DNA of 64,000 bases from positions 80,476,001 to 80,540,000 of the forward strand of contig OX597814.1 in the NCBI GenBank assembly GCA_951406725.2, in the 5' to 3' direction. Numbering within the stretch: position 1 is the stretch's first letter; the number at the start of each line of letters is the position of its first letter. The position numbers were made by a program, and so were the translations under genes. Of the stretch, positions 53,374 through 64,000 are shown in pieces. The notes beneath the pieces were generated by a model, which was not told the origin of the DNA, ran no database searches, and saw nothing but the letters and a program-made list of their open reading frames with translations. Origin of the DNA: Octopus vulgaris (lineage: Eukaryota).

Positions 53374-55402
53374 ATGGCGCCATTTAATTTAAGTACGCTA
53401 GTGTACTAATGTTAAAATGGCATTTTTTATATATTCAAGCTGTAAATTGTGAATTAAGATGTATATCAAAATAAAGAAAATTTCACAACTTTACAGCGTA
53501 ACATCAACACATTAATTTTAAATTAAAAATAAATTTTAATTATCATGATTTATAGCGTCAATTAATTTAAGAACGATTTGTAAAATTTCAGTTTTTGCTT
53601 TAAGAAGTTTTTTCTGAGATCAACAAAAAACAATAAGCTCACATAATCAGTATTTGGTTGGTTATCCAAAATTACTTAATACAACTTTGAATCTGAAAAA
53701 CATAAAATTGTTCAGATCATTTATCAATGTTCCTAGGATTTTTTAAATAATGTTTTTAAAAAATCATCCTTATTCTTTGGCTTACTACTTTGCATAGCTC
53801 TACCCAACTTTTATCAAAGATTTTCGATGGGATTTAGGTCGGGTGACTGCGCCGGCCACTGCGTTAACCGAACTCTCTTAGTCCTAATGCAATCTCTGAC
53901 AAGGTGCGAGGTGTGTTTCGGGTCGTTGCCATGCTGGAAAGTCCAAGATCAGCCCAAATGCTTTCGGGCGTATGGAAGCATAGTTTTATCCAATATTTCT
54001 AGATAGGACTTACTATCCATAATGCCCATGTTTGGGATTATAGCACCGACGCCTTTTCTAGACATGCACCCCCATAATATCACACTTAATTGTAGGTCGG
54101 ATGCATTCTGGATGACATTCTTCGCCTATACGCCTTCTTACACACTTCCTGCCATCACTGCCGAACAAACTGAACTTTGACTCGTCCGATCACAACACAT
54201 TCGACCAACCTGCTTAACTTAGATAAACTTAGATATGTTTCGACCAAAGATTGGTCCAGGCCATGTCTAACTTAATAGCACCACCTGATAGGATTATGCG
54301 AATCCTGTTTAAGGCAAGTTTTGTTCAAGTAGTGAATTCTTGTTGGGTGAGTTGTATCCAATTATGGGTGGCTTATCTGGTATTCTTTGAAGGAATCTAT
54401 CCAGACTCCGTTTAAAGTTGATGGGATCCTTTTCCTCTTTGATCTCCTTCGGGACAATGTTAAATAGGGCAGGGCCTGTTGAGGAAAAGAAATTATGTTG
54501 CAGTGTACATGTATGTTGTGATCTTGAACTGGGCAGGGGTCGTATGGCCCGTGGTCCCAGTCTTGGATGAACCTTGAAGCTAATGTTAAGGTCGTTTGTG
54601 CAAAGTTGGCGGTATATTCTCCACATCGTACAAATGATGTACCGCTCACGGAATCCAATTCAAATGCTCTTTTGCGAACTGTATTCGATCGCGTCGAGTT
54701 TTTAAAGAAATGTATGGCTTTTTGTGAGAGATTCTTCCTAGAAGTCCAAATCCTTTCAGACGGTTTTTATGGTGGACACTCAATGATAAATCCATATTTT
54801 TGCCGAATTTCTTTTAAAATGTCAACAATGGTCATTTTTCGTTTTTAATGTCTATGAATGTATCTATCCCTTTTTGCTGGTTTATTTATTTATTTATTTA
54901 TTTTGATTGCATAAGTCGAGAGCAGTCTTTATAATCATAAGTTCTTAATAAAGATGGACAGTATTGTAGATGGTTGTTTTAGAGCATCCAACTTCGTTTG
55001 AAATAGCTTTATACGACCATTTCAGCCTACTAAGCTGAATGATCCTCGCTCTGGTTTCTGGTGTTAAGTTTTGTCCCTTACCCATCACAACTATTAAGTA
55101 ACTTAAAAATTGTAACAGCATGCAAATTATCATATCTTTATATTAGTCAATAAGGCAATAAAAAAAAATGAAATTTTGCAAATCGTTTTTAAATTAAGTG
55201 GCGACGTAAATTACGCATAAAAGTTTATTTTTAATTTAAAATTAATATATTGATGTTACGCTGTAAAGTTGCATACCATATTAAACCTCGTAAAATTTTC
55301 CTTATTTTGATATACATCGGAATTTACAATTTACAACCTGAATATATAAAAAATGCCATTTTAACATTAGTATATTAGCATTCTTACATTAATTATATAT
55401 TG
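53372..55402 (-). mobile_element. Tc1-like transposon with long (~220-250 bp) TIRs and a decayed DD34E-type transposase
   Basis: 53372-53598 is complementary to 55155-55402. Peptide MGKGQNLTPETRARIIQL..., FAKEHLNW, SDESKF, FQHGNDPKHTS and WPAQSPDLNPIENL. Confidence 0.9.
54212..54645 (-). mobile_element. CR1-like LINE 3' fragment nested in the Tc1 transposase
   Basis: RYIICTMWRIY...GPALFNIVPKEIK...FKRSLDRFLQRIPDKP with a short repeated tail. It splits the Tc1 frame between HLNW and WSNVL. Confidence 0.8.
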
Positions 55403-56639
55403 TAGTGTGTGGCAGAATCATTAGCACGCCGGGTAAAATGCTTAGCGGTTGAGCATTGGGGTCGATGTAATCGATTTACCTCCTCCTGCCGAACTTTCTG
55501 ACCTTGCGCCAAAATTTGAAATCAATTTTATATTGATAAGGAAATCCGGAGAATTTTCACGTTTTATAAATTCTCTTTTTTTTCTGTTTCGATGCACAAA
55601 TTAATAAATCTTATTAACATTATCATTTTATGTTTACAATTTCGATTGTCTTTGACTTCGTTCTATAGCTGAGATTAACAGAGCGTAACAATTGAACATA
55701 CCTCAAGACCAGCAGAGTAACAAATTGGGCTCTCAGAAGAAAGTGTAATAAAATTACTTACACTTGTTATTGCTTATACAATAAAGTGAAGCAATCTGTA
55801 GCCATTGGTTCCAATGCTACAAATGCCGAAAATATTTCTTCAGTAGTAACGGACAAGGGAGTTTTTTTATCCTAAAATTATGAATATATCACTCGGTTAT
55901 TGAAATTATGAGCAAGCACAATAATTTCTTTAAAAATATAATGAATTTGTTGTTAAAATTCAGAAATTAGCAGCTCTCATTGTGTGAATAAAGCACAACA
56001 GGGAATCTTTATAATAAAAAAAAAATTGATATTTCTTCTGAATTTCAAAATAAAATTGCTACATGTGAACTCGGAAAAGAAAGTTCAGAAAACTTCTCTG
56101 GAAACAAAATATAATAACTAAATAGAATAAATACATGAAAAAATACGTAAGTAAATAAATAACTATTTTGTATCAAATTCTCATTCAAATATTGTAAATG
56201 AGCTAAATTGAGCTTCTTGGTTTTTTTTTCTTTTCATCTAAACTCTAATTACAGCTTTTGATAACATTAATAAAATATATTTCGAACTACGTAGTATTAT
56301 TTTTAACATTACAGTTTAGTAAAAAGAAAACGACCATTAAGATTCTTAGAGAACGACGTAAAAGACCGAGCTAAACGAGAAATATTAAGCGTTTTATAGG
56401 TTTATAGGTGTGAAGCCAATGGTCACTCTCTGCCCAGCCATAACAATCAACCTCCTAAATATATATATATATATATATATGTAAAACCACATTCATTTCA
56501 AGTAATTCTATGTTTATAATTTTTCAAACGTGAATTATTTGGTGATTGTTCGTTGATAAACAAGCGGCGTTTCTTGATGTGATAGAATGAAGAGCAAGAG
56601 AAACAGGAAATAGTTATATATTACGACCAACGATGCAGA

Positions 56640-57380
56640 TTTGACTCAATAGCTAATAAATTTTACTGTAATGTGCACTGACGGAGCGAATACTATGTTT
56701 GAACGAAATCTGGAATTGTGAGAAGATTAATTCAACAATTTCCAGACGGTTTAATTTAGCATTGGTTGAGTCATTGATTACTAGTTTTATATGATGCCAT
56801 AGGTGAAATCAATAAAATAGGTCACTTCGAGAATTTCGAGGGGGCCAGTTTTATGTTACTTTTTATAAGTTTGATTTTTTAAACATGAAAAATGTCATAC
56901 AGCTATTCAAACAGAACTAGACATTGAAATAGTCAGAATTCAGAACAGATAGTATTTTTGGCCCAAGACAGTTTTCCTGAAGTAGAACACCTGATAAAGC
57001 AATATGGAGGACTTATCCAGCTCCTTATACGTTTTCCATCGAAGATAAGAGTTTTCAGGCGGGAGAAAATGGTTGGGAAACAAAGCATTTATAATAGACT
57101 TGAAATTTATGATCGAAATTTTGGATGAACTTGCATTATAATCAAACGCACTACAAGAAAGAAAGGCAATTGACTTTCATAAAGGCAGATAAACTCATCA
57201 AATATAAAATTGATTTATTTATATAATTAATAAAATAGTTTTAGTTTACATGAAAATAAAATTAATGAACTGGCACAAAGAGATGCGTTCAAATGCATAG
57301 AAGAAAATGAGAAGCTTAAATCACTGCTACGAGAACATTTAATAGAGTCTATTATTGATTAAATGAAGGCAGTATTGTTA
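56640..57380 (+). pseudogene. Decayed hAT transposase (KIAA1586/ZNF862-like)
   Basis: VMCTDGANTM...SGIVRRL, ILDELAL.SNALQ and FHKADKLIK. A homologous second copy lies at 60690-61300. Confidence 0.6.
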
Positions 57381-58479
57381 AATTAAGAGAGGACGTGGAA
57401 TAATAGTATGGGAAGTATCAGTAGTGCATTGGATATAATACACTGCGGTATTCTGTTACTTCTGTGTTTTGAGTTCAAATCCTATCGGGGTCAACTTTGA
57501 CTTTCATCCTCCCGCTGTTGATGAAATAAAGCGCTATTCAAATACTGTGTTCGATTTAATCGACTAACTGCTTCAAACAAATTTGTGACCTTGCGCCCGT
57601 GTAAGTAATTAATATTATTAAATGAAGATTATATTACGTCTAAAATGATTTATGTAAGTTCTACAATACTGCACATGAAATTATTGTAAATTTTTAGGCC
57701 TTACTTAATGGAATATTATAAAAGTCAGAGTAAATTCCCTCAGAAAGCTGGGAGAGAAGAGTTGCATTAATTACATTTCTAAAATATGAAATAGGTTCAA
57801 AGGATTTTCATTACTGTAATAAACAGAATTCAACTGAAAGATGTTGCCGCAGCTGAAGACAAAGCAAATTACGATTATAACAGCAATAAGTTCTGTATTA
57901 CAGAAAAGTAATTGTATCTTAGAAAGTAAGTTGTAACAGGTTTTAAGCCATGAAATGAATGAAAGAATTGCAATTTTTCAATAAAGAAACGACTAGATGA
58001 ACTCAACTTTCTGAGTTTAATTCATACAGAGATCGATTTAATCTTTCAGCATTCTGTGAACTGAGAAGTTAAATACCAGTCAGATACTGATATCACTTCT
58101 TTACATAATGTCGAAAAGATGCAGCAATGATAAATAAATATTTTATATCTTTAATATTCCGAGCTATTGTCAATTATCAGTAGCGTAATGAACGACAGGG
58201 AGCAGTCCGCCCTGGACGACGCTTTTATGAGGGGAGGCACTTTCAAGTTTGTTGTATAAGCCTTTATAGGAGCGAGGAGCAACAAACTCAAGGGCTACCC
58301 AGAGCGACACACATTTCAGCTACGTCACTACCGATTGGAGCTCCTTAATTTTATCTAATAACTATAGCCAGGAGCCTAAAACATGGTTTAAGTCTATTGA
58401 TTATTGCTGTCTGGTTTCATATACATTGCTAATATCCACAATAAAAGTATAACTTAACTTCAATTATCGCTTACCACTA

Positions 58480-59120
58480 CTTGACGGTCAGTTTTCATCA
58501 CATGTTATAAATTTCAAGGCTTGTATATAAAAGAAAAAGTGATACATGCTGAAAGAGTCCACAACAAAAGACACTTTCCGTATTATCATGGGAAAGAAGT
58601 TACTCAGTCTGAGCGCTTTTTCATCACTTCTACTCAAGTCTGAATGTTCTAAAATTGTTGGCACATTAATGCGAATAGGCGCATTCAACCAATGGCTTGC
58701 ATTTATATCCCAACAATTCTAAAACTTTCAGGCTTGATCGTAGAACTGATGAGGAACTTGCAGGGAGCAATATGGAAACTGTTTTTGGATGTAATGGTAC
58801 GGCATCTCCCATTGTACCGCACTCATTTGAAATCTCTTCAACTTCTGATGGAATACACTTGCCGGAGAGCAGGAAATACTTAGAATTGACAAACCTTCCA
58901 TCTTGGAGACTACAGGTGTACATGCTCCTTCAAACGCCATCTATCTAAAGCAGATTGGTTGTTTCAGCGAATTTCAGAAGAAATTTTTCATGGAAGTGCC
59001 GCCGACTTATTTTAATAACCATTAATCAAACTATAATCAATCTCAGAAAGAAAGAGCAAGATGTCCGAAGATATAACTGATTTCGAAAATATTTATCATC
59101 AAAGAATTTGGTTTTGCTTG
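58480..59120 (+). pseudogene. Decayed transposase-like sequence of an unassigned invertebrate DNA transposon family
   Basis: Ordered motifs HVINFKA, HAERVH, GAIWKLFLDVMVRHLP, FQRISEEIFHGSAAD and QTII resemble the GK.Y.RA.R.H / G.W.LHL....LP / QRS...F...AD...EQT.N series of TE-derived proteins. Recognised from memory only. Confidence 0.45.
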
Positions 59121-59294
59121 CATTTTAGACAAAGAAGTATTCCGTTGTGATGTCATATAACCAGCATTGTATTTAAGGATGATATACCGTTTAAATAAAT
59201 ATGGTTTACTCTTACACAAACACACACCCATACTCATTTCTATACGTAGATACATTTACATGTGTAAATTTGTATGTTTGTATCTAAATATATA

Positions 59295-59935
59295 TCTCTC
59301 TCTTAGCACTCCGTCGGTTACGACGACGAGGGTCCCAGCTGATACAATCAACGGAACGGCTTGTTCGTGAAATTAATGTGCAAGTGGCTGAGCATTCCAC
59401 AGACACGTGCACCCTTAATGTAGTTCTCAAGGAGATTCAGGGTGACGCAGAATGTGACAAGGCTGGCCATTTTTGAAATACAGATACTACTCATTTTTGC
59501 CAGCTGAGTGGACTGGAACAACGTGAAAAAGTGTCTTACTCAAGGACACAATGAGTCGCCGGGAATTGAACTCACGACTTTACGATCGTGAGCCGAATGC
59601 CCCTAACCGCTAGGTCACACGCCTTCACTAAATATATATACACAAACACATATGTACGTATGTATGCATGTATGTACGAACGACCAATTTCTAGCTGCTA
59701 ATTTGATATGCGGTCTATGCAGTGGCAAACCGATCCGGGCTCGCAAGATACACGAAAGCACACAATCAAGGTGCTGTTCAAACGAGCACCCAACTGCAAC
59801 GTAGTTCTCGTGGAGATTCAGCGTGACGCAGAATGTGACAAGACTAGCCCTTTTGAATTACAAGTACTACTCATTTTTGCCAGCTGAGTGAATTGGAGCA
59901 ACGTAAAAATAAAGTGTCTTGCTTAAGAACACAAT
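59295..59935 (-). mobile_element. SINE family C: full copy plus a partial duplicate
   Basis: 59295-59628 has a tRNA-like head on the minus strand. Its internal block is repeated at 59797-59935. Confidence 0.8.
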
Positions 59936-59949
59936 GAATACATCTGAAT

Positions 59950-60680
59950 AACTAGAGGAAAGTCATCATCCAAGCTTTAAAACTTTTGGGCTAAGCTTCG
60001 CAATGGAAACAAACTCAACCCATCAACAACTTAGACGTCACGCTAGATTTAGACATTTTCATACAAAGCTTTCAGTAAACCCAATGAGAGACTTGCCTAT
60101 ATTAACACTGAGTGCTACCATTACAGTGTGTAAGAACCTAGAAAACAGTGAGAACTATCCTCTTGTAAGATAATATTTGACAGAGCAACGCTTTTCTACA
60201 AATCCCTAGAAGGAAATGAGTTCAAAGAGCAGATTGCTTATAACGCAGCCGGAACCTTTCAAATTGAAAGTAACATAGCAACAGAGTAAAGTTATTTGGT
60301 CTATAGCCCTTTTCTCTTAAATATTAAGTTCAGATAAATAAAATCTTCCTTAAATTAGTTGACAGGCATTTTCTCCACCACCACCATGTATATTACAATC
60401 GACTCTTCAATTGGACTAAACAAGTGACAAATCATTTTTCTAAGGATGCTCTAACGTCAAACTGCAAAGAGACTTAACTGTAAGTGTACAGAAAATTAAT
60501 GCTACTAATTAATTCCTGGAAAGAGTTGCCGTCTGTTATCAACCGACAAACGTTTCTCCAGCCTTTCTGTCCGCAACACTACAGTCACTGCAACTAAAGA
60601 CTGCATCTGTACCTCGCGTAACCCACGAAGCCCACGCCTACTATATTGCATCAATGCTTTACATTCTCTTACCAAGAGTA
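59950..60680 (+). mobile_element. Decayed Penelope-like RT C-terminal fragment
   Basis: LDVTLDL...AFSKPNERLAYINTE...SSCKIIFDRA...KVIW...PFSLNIK...IFLKLVDRHF. Confidence 0.7.
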
Positions 60681-60689
60681 TTTTTATAA

Positions 60690-61300
60690 CTTTCTACACT
60701 CCCACATCGTTAAAAAGTCTTTACAAAGTTTTCTAGCATGGAAAAAATCGGAAAATAAAGTCTTTTGTAAGAGACCTGGTATTTACGATCGACAACTTGG
60801 ATTAACTTGTATTATTAGCAAATATTCCACAAGAACGACAATTGAGTTTCACAAAAGCAGATAAAAATCATCAAAGGTTCAATTAATATTTTATACAATT
60901 CAAAACTAACTTTGGTTAGCCTGAAAATAAAATTAATGAATTAACACAAAGTGATATTTTCAAATGCATAGAATTTGATGAAGAAATTAAAGGCTTAAAT
61001 CACTGCTATGACAAAATTTAAAAGAGGGCATAATTGATAAAATAGAGGCAATAATATCAAATAAAGAATACATTACTTTAAAAAGATCATTCAGATTTCG
61101 TTAGTAATACACCTAAAATTGATGAATTATTTTAGAATCCAACTTCATAGAATATTATACGAGTCAGACTCCTTTGGAAAAAAATATATTAGAAAAGAAA
61201 AGTTGCGCAAATTAGATAAAATCCTAAAATTTGAAATCGATTTAAATGATTTTTGTTACTATGAACACGAACATATCTTTCTGCAGCAGGAAAAAGAGCA
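60690..61300 (+). pseudogene. Second decayed hAT (KIAA1586-like) transposase fragment
   Basis: Aligns by eye to 57100-57380 (TGAAAATAAAATTAATGAA, TTCAAATGCATAGAA, GCTTAAATCACTGCTA). Confidence 0.6.
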
Positions 61301-61326
61301 AAGCGAAGTATATTTTATAACCACAA

Positions 61327-61786
61327 ATAGCAGCTAAGCCCGGTTTCACCCGGTCGGTTTGGATGATGTAGCTGTAAAACCTGCTCTGTGTAAGCATTCG
61401 ACTTGTTTGGGCACGCTTACGTTAAAAAAACAATTTTGGAATGATTTTTTCTGTCAAAAAGCTAAAAATTACTGGCCAACACAAAAAAAACAACCATGAT
61501 TCAACCAAATAAAAATAAACCCAAATAGTAAGAGAACAACGATGCAAAACAAAGATGTAAAACAACAGAAACAAATATAAAAAATAAAACAAAAATTAAC
61601 AGAAATAAAAAATAGGTAAAAAATCTTTTAAATTTTCAAAGGTAAAAAAACAACAAGACTAACTGAAAAATATCGCACAAAATTTAAAAACCAAAAGAAA
61701 AAAGACATCTGAAACTGAAAAACAAATAACTGAAACACTACAAAGAAAGACTTCACAAAAAATCCCACTTCCATTGCGCACGCGCA

Positions 61787-61828
<42 letters not shown>

Positions 61829-62187
61829 TACACACACACATGCACACACATGCACACACACACACATTCACATACCCGCTTTTACATACACATACGTATA
61901 TTCACATAGAGTTGAAACGCTGTTTGATTTATTTTTCAGCGTACTATTTTCATCATCCCACTACCAAATATGACATCACCCCTTCCTTTCTTATTCATCT
62001 ATGGTCCCTTCCTTTCTTATTCATAAACACAAGAGTAACATTGGGAGCTATGAAAAAATACAAAGCCCAGCATCACCACTGGATAATTCTACACATCTGT
62101 GTAATTTTTCGCGCAATTCCACCCAGCCATTTGACCGTGAATCCCAAGACAAGAAAGAATCGCCCATGTCAAATTTATATGTATAGA
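61327..62187 (-). mobile_element. Non-autonomous Helitron-like element
   Basis: Minus-strand 5' A|TCTATAC, 3' hairpin CCGGGTGAAACCGG followed by ...GCTGCTAT (CTAG-like), and an internal (CA)n. Confidence 0.6.
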
Positions 62188-62258
62188 TTTGAATAAGATT
62201 TATGCAAGCAGAATTTTGTTTAGATGGATACTCCTTTTATTAGTAATAAAAGAGCAAA

Positions 62259-62672
62259 TTTAGCAAGTAAACTCATATGCTTTATGACTATTAATTTATT
62301 GGAGAAAGTTCTAAATTCTAGAACTTGTTACCATATATTAAATCATGACTGTCTGTCGCTGATCAACCTCAGAAACCAGAATTATTGAATCTCAAACAAG
62401 TTTTCTGGGAAACCACTTGGAAAGTAATACCATGTTTCGTAATTATGTCTAAATTCTTTAAAAAGTTTAGCAAGTAAACTCATACGCTTTATGACTATTA
62501 ATTTATTGGAGAAAGTTCTAAATTCTAGAACTTGTTACCATATATTAAATCATGACTGTCTGTCGCTGATCAACCTCAGAAACCAGAATTATTGAATCTC
62601 AAACAAGTTTTCTGGGAAACCACTTGGAAATTAATACCATGTTTCGTAAATATGTCTAAATTCTTTAAAAAA
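62259..62672. repeat. 207-bp tandem duplication (two copies)
   Basis: 62259-62465 versus 62466-62672; three internal substitutions seen. Confidence 0.95.
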
Positions 62673-63418
62673 TTGAATGAACAATAGAAATTACTGATAT
62701 TTATATTTTCCTAATAATTCATAACTACTGAAGTTGAATTTAGTCAAAATTTCAGTAGATATTCAGGATTTTATCGTTTAACTGACTCTCACCATATTTG
62801 GCTCACCAAATTTTCTGACAAAAGGTTTGAAGAATTCGGACGTGCTGTATCTTCTATGTAAACAACTTCAAACCAGCTCTGATTGCTCATTTAAGAGAGG
62901 AACCCTGGAAAACAGTATTTGATAAGCTTCTGAGATATAAAACATACTCTGCTTGTTGGGATGAGTGTATAGTTTGCCTGTCTGAATCAGTTAATTTCCG
63001 CTTTATACTAAAGGTGTAATTGATCTTAAGACTCCAATTTTGTTTTGGGTTTTGGGTGGCTCCTAAATAAACGAAGATTAGTATGTATACACATGTACGC
63101 ACAATAAAGTGAGTGCCAACTGCGAAAGCAGAATAATACAGAATTTAATAGAACCTTAAACTTCACAGATACGGTACATGATCTTGAAAGTGTAATTGTG
63201 TGTTTAGCACTTGTCGTTTGTCTCATCAAAGTGTCACTAACAATGTTCAGTTATTATATATATTTAGAGGACGGCGAGCTGGCAGAATCATAAGCACACC
63301 GGGCAAAATGCTTAGCAGCACTTCATCCATCATTACATTCTGAGTTCAAATTCCGCCAAGATTGACCTTGCCTTTTCATCCTTTCGGAAAGAACCAGTTG
63401 AAAACTGGGATCGATATA

Positions 63419-64000
63419 CAGTAATCTCGCCGAAAAAGGACTGAAATTCAAAGTGCTTCTCCTAATGGACAACGCTAGAGGTCACGCATTCGACCTGTCG
63501 AATGAGGGCGTACAAATCGAATTCTTACTGCCGAACACCACATCGCTGATCCAGGCTATGGATCAGGGCGTTATTCGTGCTTTTAAGCTGCTCATTACAA
63601 CAAACTCCCTGCAATACCTGGTCGAAGCTTTGGACCTAGATGATAACGTCTCGCTGAAGGAGTACTGGCGTGGATACACTATTGCAACATGTCTCCAAAA
63701 TATTCAGAAGGCCATAAAGGAGATGAAGAAAGAAACTTTGAAAGCTAGCTGGAAGAAATTGGGGCCAGAAGCGGTCCACGATTATAAAGGATTCTCTCCT
63801 GGCGAAATCCACCACTCTGCAGTAGATAAGGCAGTGAAGTTAACAAAATTGCTTGGGGAGATGGCTTCACCTATATGAATACCGAGGGCGTTAATAACCT
63901 GATTGAGGCCCACTCAAATTCGTTAACGGATGAAGATGAGACAGAGATGACGAAATCAGCAAGTGAGGAAGAAGAACAAGAGGATCCAGGGAAAGAAGAA
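63419..64000 (+). mobile_element. Internally deleted Tigger/pogo transposon (DDE_1 domain) inserted in a SINE; continues off the right edge
   Basis: TA|CAGTAATCTCGCC terminus, then LLLMDNARGH...FLLPNTTSLIQAMDQGVIRAFK...WKKL. Confidence 0.9.

Noticed and set aside
58742-58790. CTGATGAG...GAAAC hammerhead-like core
   Set aside because: Stem II does not close next to the core, stem III has a 1-nt loop and stem I is weak. It lies in a probable transposase fossil.

Overview
AT-rich animal genomic DNA with dense microsatellites and no recognisable host gene, rRNA, tRNA or CRISPR array. It is intergenic or intronic. The SINE and LINE complement looks like Octopus (inferred from repeat recognition, not confirmed). 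Almost every real ORF is a decayed transposable element: two Ty3/Gypsy remnants, Tx1/L1, RTE and CR1-like LINE pieces, Penelope-like (PLE) fragments, Tc1/mariner, Tigger, hAT and Sola-like transposons, Helitron-like elements and at least four short interspersed repeat families. Most other ORFs in the track are microsatellite artefacts. The most notable signals are: (1) a minimal type I hammerhead ribozyme with a compensatory U3-A8 core pair in the loop of a perfect 169-bp inverted repeat (29259-29686), plus further hammerhead-like motifs; (2) a recent 895-bp inverted duplication whose junctions imply a template-switch rearrangement (47614-50132); (3) an old ~570-bp unit of unknown origin present three times in mixed orientation (31231-33468); (4) SINE tandems that reuse one target site, and Tx1 elements joined head to tail. 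Coordinates were read by eye and may be off by a few bases.
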